Positions 50,155 to 63,100 are shown, counted from the first letter of the whole stretch. The stretch: 63,428 bases of DNA, filler included, from Circinaria calcarea (GCA_051942165.1; 22 parts of 22 records of this genome joined end to end with filler, not necessarily neighbours in it), one strand, 5' to 3'. The notes: a model not told the origin generated them from the sequence alone. Numbers and translations: made by a program.

Positions 50155-50623
50155 TTTAGTTAGAGCGTCAATGGGGACTGAAAGGGATGGGGAGGGATGA
50201 GGCGGGGAGGCACGTGATATCAAAATATCGAGGACGGATCAGAAACTGGACCTAGTCCTAATCAGGCTAAAGCTCCAAACCGATAGCCAAAATCCCGCTT
50301 AGTAACATTCCAGCCCTATCCTGAAGACGTGTTGCTAGCATTCGAAGGGTTGGTGTACATTTGACGGAGAGAGAATACTCTCAGGTAGAGTATTCGAGGA
50401 CGCACTGTTGTTACTGGTGAGAATCTCAGCCCTGAAACGTGGCGTATTCCAATATCAGCCACACCACATGGCATTGATTTTCGTTGATTTGTAACTGCAG
50501 GACGCCACACTTCCACGCATTTCTTTTTACGCGTTTGCTTGCAAAGTCAGTTACTACTCCAAAGTCTTATATAGAGCTTGTTCAGCTATCCCGAGGGACT
50601 TTCAATTTGGTACAATACTCAAA

Positions 50624-51927
50624 ATGCTAGAACACGATCCAGTTATCTCAGAATATGAACACGAGAAATTCCGCCCGAGAGAGGCGGAGGCGCTCCAGAC
50701 ACTTCGCAAAGTAGCCTCGCTAGTCAAACCCATCATGAGGCAGAGAGGATGGACAGTGGGCATCTTGACAGAGTTCTTTCCTCCGGAAAAGAATCTCCTC
50801 GGGTTGAACTGGAATAAAGGGCAAAAGATCTGTCTACGTCTGAGGCATCACTACGATGAACGGCAATTTATACCACTAGAGGACGTTGTGGATACCATGT
50901 TACATGAGTAAGAAGTCCCGCCAGAAGTGCAAGAAGCTTGCACTCATTGGTCTGCAGACTATCCCACATCGTCCATGGGCCTCACGATGAAGCCTTTCAC
51001 AACCTTTGGAATCAACTCCGCACTGAGCACGAGCAATTAGTCCGCAAAGGCTACACTGGGGAAGGCTTCCTGTCTATGGGCCATAAGCTCGGCGGCGGTC
51101 ACATTCCCATGCACGAAGCGAGCCGCCGTGCACGAGCCGCCGCTGAGAAACGCAAGATCCTCACAGCAGGCAGTGGCCAAAAACTTGGGGGCGCACCCGT
51201 TAGGCGTGGTGAAGACATTCGGCGAATTATTGCAGATGCAGCGACAAGGCGAAGTACCGTCACGAAGGGATGTGCAAGCGGAACAGAAAGGAGCAGGGGG
51301 ATAGTCGAGGAAACCACAAAGAACGGTTTCAGGACCAAAGCCGAAGAGGACGACGCGAATGAGGAAGCGATCATGCAGGCTTACATCGAGCTGATACAAG
51401 AGGAAGAGAGGGAAAAGTACGGTGATGGCTACGTACCACCCAGTAGTTCCAATCCGGCAGGCAGTCAGGGCAAGGCGATGCCTTCGCAACCGCCGAGCAC
51501 CGCTACCGCCATCTCGAAGGGATCCAAGGCCCGAATGGAGAAGGAGTCTCTTCTGATTGACCTTACCGATAATGCGGACCCCGTCCCATCACATCCACCT
51601 CCCGCATGCAACTCCTGGTCCTGCCAAGTTTGCACCCTCTCCAACCCACCCACATACTTGTGCTGTGACGCCTGCGGTAACGAACGCACATCGACCTCGG
51701 TCCTTAGCGCGACCACTTCCCCGGCCTTCAAAAACCTGCGCCGGTCTCCCGATCCCCCTCTCGCAAACTCAAATCGCCAAACCAAAAGCGCCATCAAATC
51801 CCTCTCGTCCCTGACCGCCACCGAACGCCAAAAACCGCTGGGGTGGCTCTGCCATACCTGCGGCACCTTTATGGAAAGCGAATGGTGGACCTGCGCCAGC
51901 TGCGGCACGATGAAGCTAACATCATGA
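50624..51927 (+). CDS. wss1: WLM-domain metalloprotease Wss1 with two RanBP2-type zinc fingers
   Basis: LLGLNWN.G.KICLRLR, TMLHELSH.VHGPH (HExxH spans the intron), WSCQVC..N...C..C and WLCHTC...C..C. Confidence 0.92.
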
Positions 51928-52036
51928 AAATCATTANNNNNNNNNNNNNNNNNNNNNNNNNNNNNNNNNNNNNNNNNNNNTTAATTAATTAANNNNNNNN
52001 NNNNNNNNNNNNNNNNNNNNNNNNNNNNNNNNNNNN

Positions 52037-53244
52037 GAGCGCGTTGGGGATTGTCTGACCCGACATTGGGAGCACATGATCATTCCACGGTTTCGCAGCC
52101 TTCTCGGGAACTTCCTCTTGCCACGTCTTAGGGTCTTTCTTGGGCTCTTGCATTCTCCGATTGCTTTTGTTGTAGAACTTTTTGGACGCTTCAGTTCTAG
52201 CACCTTCGAAGGCACTTTCGAAAGTGGGTGCCTTGTTTGTTTTTACCCACCTCCCGGCACTCCCGGCAACTTTCATCATAGCAGCATCCTGGACGGCAAC
52301 TGCACCCAACGGACCAATGACTGGAATAGCAAACAAGAGGACGACCATGACGGCCGATTGTACAGTTTTGACAAAACTGGCTAGCATCTCACATTTGTCC
52401 TGCTTCCCTTGATCAAAGCGCCAGAAGAAGGTGTGGGACAAGCTTGCGGCCATACCGATGACGTTGGTTTCGGCATTTAAACTTTGCTCCTGTAGTATGT
52501 GTGAGAATCAATTTGGATTGATGGTTTGGGTGTGGAGGTAAGTATCCGTATGATCCTTGGGACCAAAAGATATTTGCCATGTCTAACGTAGAATCTTTCT
52601 TTATGCAGAAGGGACGGAGAAGAAAAGGAGGGGAAACTTACAGTTATAACGCCAGCTATCAAGTTCATATTATGGTAGGACTGGAGGACGTAGTACATTT
52701 TCCTGGCCAGTTCTCCGTCACCACCAACCCGCTCCAGGATCTCATCACAATTCGGCATGTTGATACAGCCCTTGTGCGTCACCCCGCAGTCCAAATCCAT
52801 CCAACCCAGCTGCTGCTCGGCGAAATATTGCGGTTCCGAAATCCTGTCTGTCCAAGCCGGCGAGTTCTTGTCGATCGCAACAGTCCAGTTGGCGTACCAT
52901 TCCGCAGCTCCCGATTCCGCAAAGTGTTTCGGATCGAAGAATTCCGGGTTGCAGGTTGTCATGGTAGATATACCGGTGGAAGGTGCTTGTCGCGGAACCA
53001 ATGAACTCGACGGGGCAGCAAACGTGGAAGACCGAGGGGAAAGGCTAGAAGCAGAGGACACAGAAGACGGGGAGGACGACGAGAACCGGGAAGACAAGGG
53101 ATCATGGACGTTTTCGTCCGAGAGTATTCTGGTTGCCCATCGCAGGTTTGCAGCCGCGGCTACTTGGTTGATGAAGAGCGACTCAAAGGCCAAGAAGGCC
53201 GTGAACCACTGGAAAATTACGGAGCGCATGTTGTGGGACAACAT
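52037..53244 (-). CDS. Secreted Cys-containing hypothetical protein, 3' truncated
   Basis: Signal-like N-terminus, Ser-rich prodomain ending PR|Q, Cys-spaced domain, intron from about 52641, and a second exon with a hydrophobic helix. Confidence 0.65.
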
Positions 53245-54516
53245 GGCTCCTGTATTGATATGTGTGTTATACTATAACTGTTAGCTGCTTCTATATTCAG
53301 GGACGGATTTAGAGGGGAGCAAGAATGCTCAAGAAGTGGATGAACGGTTAGGAAGAGGGAATGGTAATCAGTGGAACCTGTGGAATAGATATAGAAGCTG
53401 TTGCTGACGTTCGGAGAGCAGGCGTTTTCTGCTTCTTATATGTTATCCCCAAGACGTCCGGTTATGCAGCTCACTTGTGTAGCTTTAGCTATAGAGAGAG
53501 CCTAGTAGTCCGAGCAACCGCAGAATTCAGAGAGGTTTTGGCAAAGTCTGTGCAACATAAACATGTATGAACCATGGAACCTACTGGCCACAGTACCCAA
53601 CTTCGAACCAAAGCACTGCCAAGGCCTAACTCCTTTGAAGGTCCTTTGAAGGTATAATTGGAATAACCCAGAAAGCACTCTAAAAGGCCTCCAGGTAGCA
53701 GAGGATTAAGGAGAACAAATATCCTCCTCCTGCTGTAGTATTTCTCCTAACCGCACTAACAGATTCCTTTACAGCACCAAACCCCAAGGTCTCAGCCGTA
53801 TATTCTCCTCTCCAAACCAACAACACCTTCAGCAAATAAGCTTCACAAGTGACAGCTTCAGCCGGGGTAGCTGCCCAATGCGCTCCCCACAAAACATGTC
53901 AGAAGACTCCCGCAAAAAGTATAAATGAGCATGGACCTTTTTCCCCACCAGCAGCAGATCATATATAGAAAAAACCACATAAATATCCCTCACTTTACCT
54001 CGGGGCGAAAACGCCAAAAGTAGTTTTGCTCGTTATTATTGCGCTTTCCTCGGCTATGGGGAAGGTGTGCGACGCAAAAGACGTGTAATTTAGAAGAGGG
54101 GGGGGGGGTGTTTTCCCCCCATCAAAATAATAGATCATTCCACTCCAAAAGATTTTGGACGTGAGGCGTGACCCTTATTCAGAGCACACACTTATAGGCT
54201 GTTATTTACTCCGTAGCACACACTACTCATTATTCATCGCAAAATAAATGGATGCGCAAAAATCCGAGTCTACAACATGCCACCCCCCATTTCTGAGGTA
54301 GCTGGCTTTCGCTTAATTTTTTGACATCTCGAAAAAATACTACCCACGATCCGCTAATTATTAGCTCTATACATTAAAAAGTATTAAGGATTTTAAAGTC
54401 AGCGATTTACGCAGCTAATCTTTAATTTTTTACACCGCCCAAGCACTGTATTTAAAATAAAAGATGGAATAAAGTATTAATAAGGTCGAGTCTATTTTCT
54501 TCTAGTCGTGCGCAAT

Positions 54517-54814
54517 TGTAATGGCGCCACCAGCCGTGACCAGTATTACGCGTACCAAGGGTATTCAGGAGGATGATCCGAGTGATCCCTTGTGTAACGT
54601 ATGGGATCAATGGGAGCACTAATAATCTGAGTGATCCGGTTGATCTGACTATAGGGCAGTGGGATCATAGGGATCACTGCTGTGACCCCTGTCATGGAAA
54701 GGGTATATAGGCACAGTCCTTTCCGTAGTATTTGACCTGTGTGGTCAAGACCTTATAAGTGTAGCAATATACTTCTATTGTCACTTATTACTTGCTAAGT
54801 GATTGGTATAGAAT
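54517..54814 (+). mobile_element. LTR family A, uninterrupted copy truncated by the contig end
   Basis: Matches 7642-7746, then continues through a single CACTA into the reverse complement of 60152-60348. Confidence 0.88.
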
Positions 54815-54914
54815 NNNNNNNNNNNNNNNNNNNNNNNNNNNNNNNNNNNNNNNNNNNNTTAATTAATTAANNNNNNNNNNNNNNNNNNNNNNNNNNNNNN
54901 NNNNNNNNNNNNNN

Positions 54915-57687
54915 AGATATATCTGTACTGACGATCGGAACGGCTTTGCCCGTGCGCAGCCATTCCCCGTTGAAGGCGTTGACCAGCCAGCTACTGAGCC
55001 CTACAAAATAAACGGTTAGGTATGCTCTGCAATCCCTACAGCAGACATGGACCACTTACGATCGTAAACCATCTTGTTGGCGTTGTGGAAATAAATGCTA
55101 TGGTCCGAGTCCGGGAACGCGTGGAAATCGTAATTCTCCACTCCCGCCAGATCCAACTTGTCAAGCAGCAAGAGGGAGTTTTGCATGTGCACATTATCAT
55201 CTGCCACCCCGTGCATCATCAAGAACCGCACGTTGCTCTGGAGGGCCTTCATGTTGCTGATCGTTGCGTTCTCGTACCCCTCGGGGTTGTGCTGCGGAGT
55301 ATGCATATAACGTTCGGTATAGACCGAGTCTTGGAACGAGTCAGTTGGCTGTTCCACATGTCTTGTTATTGCCGGGTGGTCTCACCATAGGTTCTCCAGT
55401 CTGTCACGGGCGCAACCGCCATACCGTACCGGAATGTCTTTCCACCATCCTGCTCGAGGACCTTCAGAGTCATGAACCCTCCATAACTCCATCCCCAAAT
55501 CGCAAGTCTGCTCTCGTCTACGTACTCCTTCTTGGCCCAGATCTTCGCGGTCTCAATCTGATCTCGAGCCTCATAATAACCGATGTTGCCGCGAATGATA
55601 CATTGCGTTTTTCGACCAGAGAAGCCAGTTCCCCGTCCGTCCACAGTCACCACGAGGTAGCCTAGATTCGCCGCCATATAAGCTTGGAAATCGACCTTGA
55701 ACTTCTTGTCCACGGTTTGCGACATGGGTCCGTTGTACAGGTGGAAGATCACTGGGTACTCTTTCTTTTCATCAAAGTGAGGAGGACGCCGTTCAACCAC
55801 CTGTAGCTCAAACCCGTCAATCGTCACCGTTGAGTATACCTGTGTGGGAAGCTCGTGGGCCGCGGCGAAATTTGCCAAGGCTTGGTTGTCTTCAATGGTG
55901 CGTTCAAACTTGTCTGCAGTACTAGGTGTGCTGATGACTCGCTGAGAGGGGATACCAGGGCCTTTATTCGACAGCAGAGCATAGCCAGCACCCGTGGAAA
56001 AGGACACCTCGTAGAAGGCCTCTTTAGAAGTCTCGGTAATTGAATTGAAGCCGGTACTGTCTAGTTTCACACTGTATACGTGTCTTTGGATAGGCGATTC
56101 CTTGGTGGCAACAAAATAAACAATGTTGTTCACTAGGTCCACAGCGGAAGGAGCCTTCACCACCTGCCAGTTTCCTGAGGTCAGCATGATGGGGTCTGGA
56201 TTATCGAGTGGTGTAAAGTACGCCAGATGGTCGTAGCCGTCGTGAATGACAGTGTCAATATAGCCATCGTGCGGGCGACCATTTCCGGGGTCTCCTGGTA
56301 TGAACCTCGTGTATTCAGATACCTCAAACCATCCACCGTCAATTGCGTTGACGTCAACAGTTCGAATTATCTCTCCAGTACGTCTGCGTACATCGATCAG
56401 GACGACTTTGAGGACATCGCTCTCCCGATTCGTTTCCCTGACCAGGACCTTGCCATCCTTGCCGGCCCAAACCACCTCAGTAATAAGCCGATCATCGTCT
56501 GGATAGTCTTTTTCGATCTCGACCCCAAATACTTCGCCTTTGGCAACGTCGTAGAATCGCAAATCAACAACTGGGTTTGGGGCGCCGGCCTTTGGGTATT
56601 TGATCTCTCGAACTTCTGGGTAGTTCTCTTCGCCGGGTGCTGGTTTCTTGCCGCTGGGTCTTGAGACAAAATACTGAATGGGATACTCCGGTACCTTGGT
56701 CTCGTTGGTACGAAGAAACGCTATGTAGTCACCGCGCTCAGACCACCAAGTTGCACGGTTATCCTGGAATACTTCTTCCTCGTAGACCCAGTCAGGCACG
56801 CCGTTGAAATACTCTGTTCCTCCAGATGATGTAATCTGCGTGACGGTCTTTGACGAGAGTGTGCGCAAGAACATGTTGTTATCTCTCGTAAAAACGACAG
56901 CGTCCGAGGTAGGCGACCATGTAGCAAGCTGAATCCTCCCATCTGGATTGGCAGGATCTAAGGCTTCGGCAGATTGACTTGCCACATCGAAGATCCAGTA
57001 CTTGCCAGTGTAGGAATGTCTCCAGTTGCGTTGTTCGTTAGACAATACCAAAACCTTCTTCAGGTCGTTGCTAGGCCATACCTTATTCGGATAGACCTTA
57101 GCTCCATTGACCTCAAAACCGCCGTTTTTCATTAAGGTCTTCCGGTCAGCTCCGCCCGAACCCCTTTTGCGAGATCGCACATCTTCCACGACAAGATAAT
57201 CTCTCCCGAAGCCTTCTGCTTTCTCCATCAGAAGGCCATCTTCTCCGCTTGCGCCCTTGATCCAGGTTATCGAGCGTGATCTGGGAGACCATTGCCCTCC
57301 CAGCACTTGGTCGAGCGTAACCATCTTCTCAGATCCTTTCCAGTAATTCAATGGTAAAGCATATGGTACACCTAAGGGATGCGGATCGGTGCCTTGCGAA
57401 AGAAATAAAAACAATGCAAGTAGCCATCCACCAAGACAGAGCCCGCAGAGCGCCAGTAGCATAATTCGCACTTTCCGCTTGACGGGTTGCTCCTCAGCTG
57501 AAGTGTATTGAGTTTCCTCTTCGTCATAATGTTCATCCTTATCCCCCATCAAGGGCGTTCTTGGATTTGTCTTCTTGTGCTTGTTGCCATTGGCAGCAGA
57601 TTCGTTCAGATGCTGAAGGACGACAGAGGTTGAGGAAACGGAGGTCACCGAGTCGACCGAACGGCGAGAAGGGTCCGAACCTGACGA
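54915..57687 (-). CDS. dapB: Dipeptidyl aminopeptidase B (S9B, type II membrane protein), ends truncated
   Basis: N-terminal TM helix, [34 protein letters not shown]. Confidence 0.95.
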
Positions 57688-57787
57688 NNNNNNNNNNNNN
57701 NNNNNNNNNNNNNNNNNNNNNNNNNNNNNNNTTAATTAATTAANNNNNNNNNNNNNNNNNNNNNNNNNNNNNNNNNNNNNNNNNNNN

Positions 57788-57927
57788 GCATTCTGCTCAC
57801 CCTGCTCATTCTGCTCACCCCCATGAGCACCATGAGCACACTGAGCATTCCCACGGTGGAGGTTCCCCCGACCCGTGGTCCTATCCTAACCGGGCCTAGC
57901 GCATGTCATGGCGGGCACGCCATAACA
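57788..57927 (-). mobile_element. LTR family B terminus
   Basis: Ends CTAGCGCATGTCATGGCGGGCACGCCATAACA, the reverse complement of 60349 onward. Confidence 0.85.
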
Positions 57928-57953
57928 ACTGACTTCTATTAAGCGACTGACTG

Positions 57954-58227
57954 GCACTAACTTGTTAGTGCTCCGAAAAAAATATTTCGCGAAATAATTT
58001 TTTCGGAGTTCACCCTTGGGCACGATTACCCTAAACGAGCCTCTGGGGTGGGAGGGGTGCGTCACGTGCCTTGAGAGGGCTGTATCACGTGCTATACAGG
58101 GCTGTCATATAACGGATCTCGGATAAATAATCTCCGATAAAGCTAAATAGTAGCAAGTTTATTAGCGAGCTCGGTTCCGGATCGGCTTTCTAAGGCCGAT
58201 CCGGCTCCGATTAAAGGCTTATCGGAG
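57954..58227. repeat. Cluster of four palindromes/hairpins
   Basis: 57954-57971, 57971-58008 (38 bp, 1 mismatch), 58177-58204 and 58205-58227. Confidence 0.88.
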
Positions 58228-59049
58228 TATATTAATCCGGGCTCCGCTGTAAGGAAATTCTATTAAGCGAGCTAAGCGAGGCAAAGAGCTTTTGGGGTAC
58301 CCTATTTTTAAGCCCGGGGTAAGTGGGGTGGGGTATTGAGAACACTGACTGCTAGACGGCCGATTACAAAGCTATTTAGCATTCTAAAGGGCTTTGATCA
58401 AGGATCCTGGAAGTGTTGGCGCCTTGAGTGCAACGATAGATATAGATACGATTCATGAATTCAGTATCAACTTTTACTCGCTGCATATAATAGATCGGGT
58501 GTAAATAAAGTGGATTAAAGATCTTACTTCTTATCCAGCCTTTAATTAGCAATCTCGGACCCTTTTAATACTCTGTTTCCCAACGTTCTGCGTTAATAGC
58601 ATTTTGCGGATACAAGAAATCAAAATTCTCCACCAGTGATATAAGGGTCTCTACGCGAGAACCCCTACGAACCCTACGGGTGAACTATACACCGAGGTCA
58701 CGAGCTGTTGGCTTAGCGAGAAAGGTTTTCCTCGCGAAGCGTTACACCAGAATTCTTTAGTAATAATTCATACGCTGATGCGAACCAGTTGAGCTCATTA
58801 TCACACAATTCACCGACCCTTATCGTAAAATCATTATACTAATCGTAAAGGATCCTTACAAGTGAGTCTGTTCTATACGCCTAATAGAAAATTCGAATTT
58901 GCTTCTAAATACTTAGCAGGGTTTTGTCTGAATTGTTCTCTTCAATCTAATATTTAGGCTACTCTGATCAGGACAAGTCGTCGCTCCACCGTGAGGTATT
59001 ACTGACTTATCGCCTACTCTTCGGGTAGTCCTCATGATCCCGCACCCTC

Positions 59050-59450
59050 GTCTTGAAGTTCCTCGAGCAGCTCAAGGTATCTTCCGGAGATATTGATTTA
59101 TTTCTCTCCACTATCTGCACCGTCTCCACCACACGATCACGCTTTCTCCGCCGATTCGCCAATCCTGAACTTCCAGCTAGTTTATACCTAGCTACCATCC
59201 TTGATATCAATCATCAGCTCATCGAATTTAATACTTATTCCTCCCGAAAAGACTTCCCGCACTTTGGATCCCGCCTCTTGGCGGTGCAGCAATATAATCT
59301 GAGGCAGCAGCTAAACCGTATCCGAGACCTATAGCTGATCGAAGGATTCCACTACAGTGATATACGTTCTGGGGTGTGTTATTGGCGGGTGGGTCCACAA
59401 CTATATTATATATTCTCCAGCTTGCTGCAGACATCATACAGACTTATTAT
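59050..59450 (+). pseudogene. Decayed fungal membrane-protein gene (limits approximate)
   Basis: FPHFGSRLLAVQQYNLRQQ..R.RDL*, a frameshift, then DRRIPLQ*YTFWGVLLAGG. Stops fall where Trp is expected (TGA 59358-59360). Confidence 0.65.
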
Positions 59451-59797
59451 TATGCGCTCGGGGACAAGGAATGAGTCGATACAATTAGAATAACACGCAT
59501 GCAGCCTTCAGAATCAAGAGATCTGATACTTTGTCCACAGAGTGAATTTGAGTCTAGTTATCCACATTAGTATTAGTCAGTGACAATGCGTTGTCGCCCG
59601 CTGAGATGACGGGGCGCAGGACAGCCGATATATAACGCAAAAACATTTTTAATATACTCCGCTCGCCTCACCGGAATTTTGCATTTTAAAAGGTAAAATA
59701 TAATATAGCAGCGAGGGTTCTAATTCGCACAAGTACGAGCGCGTTATAACTGTACGCTCTTACTCCTTTAGAAGGCACACCCCCTAGGAGGCAGCTG

Positions 59798-60071
59798 CCG
59801 TTGGTATCAAAAGTCTATGCGTTTTTTGAAAATCCTTTTTTTTTTTTTGCGATCTCCGCAAGGATTAAGCGAAAGAGCTAGCCAGGATAGCCGTATCATA
59901 ATAATTTATTAGTAAACGCTATCTTCATATACGCGTATCACCAATTTTCGTCGGGGAATTTTAAAATGTTAAAGATTTCTATTTAATAATATAATGCCTA
60001 AATCATTGAGCAGCGAATTGAGAGCGAACGTGCTGTATATAATACAGAACGGAATACCTATTAAAGATATA
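59798..60071 (+). mobile_element. Tc1/IS630-type transposon, 5' half: TIR (59798-59939) plus first 26 transposase codons
   Basis: TIR matches 6351-6493. ATG at 59994 gives MPKSLSSELRANVLYIIQNGIPIKDI, which ends at ATATA (60067-60071). Confidence 0.92.
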
Positions 60072-60348
60072 TGTTACGTCCCTAAGCTTCTTAGGCAGAG
60101 GCAATGCTAGTCACTGGTATAAGGCAGGGGCTCTGTCCGACACGTCACAAGGTTCTATACCAATAGCTGGCAAGTAAGAAGTGACAATAGAAGTATATTG
60201 CTACACTTGTAAGGTCTTGACCGCACAGGTCAAATACTACGGAAAGGACTGTGCCTATACACCCTTTCCATGACAGGGGTCATAGCAGTGATCCCTATGA
60301 TCCCACTGCTCCATGACCAGATCAACCGGATCACTCGAATCACTAGTG
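60072..60348 (-). mobile_element. LTR family A, right part
   Basis: Reverse-complement match to 54617-54814. Terminates ...CGTAACA on the minus strand. Confidence 0.88.
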
Positions 60349-60558
60349 TGTTATGGCGTGCCCGCCATGACATGCGCTAGACCGGGTCGGGAAGGACCGC
60401 GGGCCGGAGGAACCTACACCACCGAGGTGCTCAGTGTGCTCATGGTGCTCAGGGAGATGAGCAGAGTGAGCAGGGTGAGCAGAGTGCTCAGTGTGCTCAT
60501 GGTGCTCATGGAGATGAGCAGAGTGAGCAGGGTGAGCAGGGTGTTATATATAGCAGGC
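60349..60558 (+). mobile_element. LTR family B, truncated by the contig end
   Basis: TGTTATGGCG start, internal ~57-bp tandem duplication, TATATAGCAGGC. Confidence 0.85.
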
Positions 60559-60658
60559 NNNNNNNNNNNNNNNNNNNNNNNNNNNNNNNNNNNNNNNNNN
60601 NNTTAATTAATTAANNNNNNNNNNNNNNNNNNNNNNNNNNNNNNNNNNNNNNNNNNNN

Positions 60659-61671
60659 AGCTGCTGCCCATAACCAATGCGAAGCAATTTTCATCCTGCT
60701 GTTGAAGACCTTGGGAGATCGCCACGTCAGAGCGGGCTTCGACCAGGCTGTTGAGCATCTTTCCAAGTACAACCCTCGAGCTTCCAGTGACCAGAGTCAG
60801 CCTGGTGTTGCCCCGTTGGTAATGTTCTTGGAACTTGTCAGCGTTGGAGACCTTATACAGCAAATGCTAGACGTCTTCTATGAACAAGAGCTCGTAGCAA
60901 CCAAGCTGACAGATCGAAATGATTTCCTTAATCCCACCGTCAAAGAGAAAAAGCGTTTCGAACAAATGCTTGACGAACGTGTCGCTGCAGGTCTGAACAA
61001 AGGAATCGAGGTTCTCATGGCGGAAGTCGAGTTTATATGTGCTACTACGCAAAACGTCGAAGACTTCAACCCTGGTGCAACCGGTATTGCTATCAGCAAG
61101 CTCGTGGACGTCAACCCTACCAACACGGCAGTCTGGGTGGTTGATGTGGTTTCGGCTCATACGAAAATGCTTGTGGGGAGCACTGATAAAAACATGCTTG
61201 ATGTTTTCAATCAGGAGGTCGGGCTGAGACTTTACGCCACACTATGTAAACACCTGAAAAGACAGCGCATCAGCGTTGCCGGATCGATCAGATTGATCAG
61301 GTGAGATTTCGCCTCTTAAAGTCGTTCATGTATCCTATCAACCAACAACTCAATCTTGCGCACTTCTCTTGCACTCAATGTGCTATGCTGACTCTACCAG
61401 CGACATGAACCTCTACTTCAACTTCATCCAAACTCTCAAGAACCAAGATCTCTTACAATACTTCAGCGCTCTTCGCGAGCTTGCGCAAATCTACCTGATC
61501 AGTCCTGCCGACGCAAAAGAACTGGCTGCCATCATCGCCGACACCGAGCGCTTCCACGGCATTTTTCGGGCGGAGGAAGTCTACGAGTTCGCGGAGAGGC
61601 GGGCGGACTGGTATCAGGTGAAGAATCGGGTGGAGAAGGCTATGTATGGGTATGGGTGTCTGGTCATGTAG
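60659..61671 (+). CDS. rcy1: Recyclin-1 (F-box/Sec10-like protein), C-terminal part, one intron
   Basis: FLELV..GDLIQQM.DVFY, KKRFEQMLDERVAAGLNKGI, EEVYEFAERRADW, and CAAX end CLVM*. Confidence 0.92.
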
Positions 61672-62302
61672 AAAAGTCTATCATAGGGAGGGGTTTGGCG
61701 TTCTTGATCTTTTGGGCCCAGTGGTAGTCGTAGGGTTAAAGTCATTGATTTGGGTTTCGCGATGCGATGATGGAGTTCATTTCGTTTGTAGGAGAGCTAC
61801 TCTTGGGGTTTCCAGCGCCCATATCCATGTGCATATCTCAACGTCAATCTCACCCCACGCACTACAGACAGCCAGCGGCGTCTAGCCTTAATACCTCCCC
61901 CCCAAACCCTGTTGCTCTAAATCGTCAGTCCACCTCTCATATACCCTTCTCCCGCTCCCAGCCAACGCTGCATATCTCGATCTACAGATCATGTGCTGTG
62001 CCCGGTTCTTCATACAGATAATCCGTGGTTTCTATTTTCTCCTGCGTATCGAATTATCCATCAACATCTTCCCCCTTTTCTCTTTTTCTCTCTCTCAAAA
62101 AGTACAGGCAACCTATAAAAAGTCCCTGCCCTTTTTTTCCCCTCTACCGCCTTTCCAATTGCCAAGAAGTAATTTCCGCTTCCGGCGTTTACTATGTCTT
62201 GCTTAATTCTGGTGACATGATTATCAAGCAGCGGCTTTCTTTTCGCCTTGATATCTTGCGGCGACGTTCGTCTATCAATAATTTGGATTTAAATACATAC
62301 TA

Positions 62303-63100
62303 CCATAGCCGAAGCTCCGTGTAGTCATCACTGGTCTTCTCGTCTAATAAAATTGATCTCTGTATCGAGCGCTGGCCACGCCCATCTATGGCTCCCTGCG
62401 ATATATTGATATCGATGTGACGGAAGAACGTTTGATCTCCTGGAACTTGATACTTGACGTAGTACGGGTCTGTAATAAGGCGATGGCAATGGTCTCCCTT
62501 GAGAGTAATGTAATAGGGGTAGTATTCTAATGACAGTCGAACCGCTTGTTGAAAGATCTCATAGTACTGGTTCGGTAGCCATCCGTAGTTATCTGTGTTA
62601 CCGCGCTCACGAAGGTGGTGCCTATATATATCAAACTACACTTCCAGTAGCTGAGGAAGTGCAACTTCGCCAAGGTTCCAAATCGTCGCATACGGACTAG
62701 GCGGGAATAGATCCTCATCGAGGTCGGCTTCCCCTGCCACGAGATGGATGGCATTAGATTTCTGCGAAAATTTTGGTAGGAATGGCTAGCAGAGACAACA
62801 GAGTCTGTTGTGGATCGTGGCTTCGCTATACCGGTTGCAGGCCATTTCACCTCTGAGATACTCTTTTCTTCCGCAAGGTAAGGTAGTACACAAGGTGACA
62901 ATCCTGCTTCGACAAGCTGATACCTGAGCTGTTGACAACATCTGGTTAGCTTACGGATTTTGTGAGACAGCAACTTTGTGAATTATTCGTGTTCCTTAGT
63001 AAGCTGGGCTACTTCTTCTTCCACCTTCTGTGTAACTTCTCGCACCACCTTTCTTCCTAGCTTATCCAACTCTTTTTCTCGTTTCAAAAATCCACAGCGT
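62303..63100 (-). pseudogene. Decayed fungal gene with PhyH-like HxD dioxygenase signature (limits approximate)
   Basis: Manual translation: *FDIYRHHLR...NYGWL.N.YY..FQQ...RLI..PYYVKYQVPGDQTFFRHIDIN...GRG...IQ.S..LDE. In-frame stops. Confidence 0.6.

Noticed and set aside
57788..60558. Contig 21 as one TIR element because its ends are inverted repeats
   Set aside because: The TG termini face the contig interior, and the right copy has its own TSD within LTR-A. These are two separate LTR-B insertions.
60313..60558. Repetitive ORF VLSVLMVL...SRVSRV (and 7866-8144)
   Set aside because: Translations of the LTR-B internal tandem repeats.
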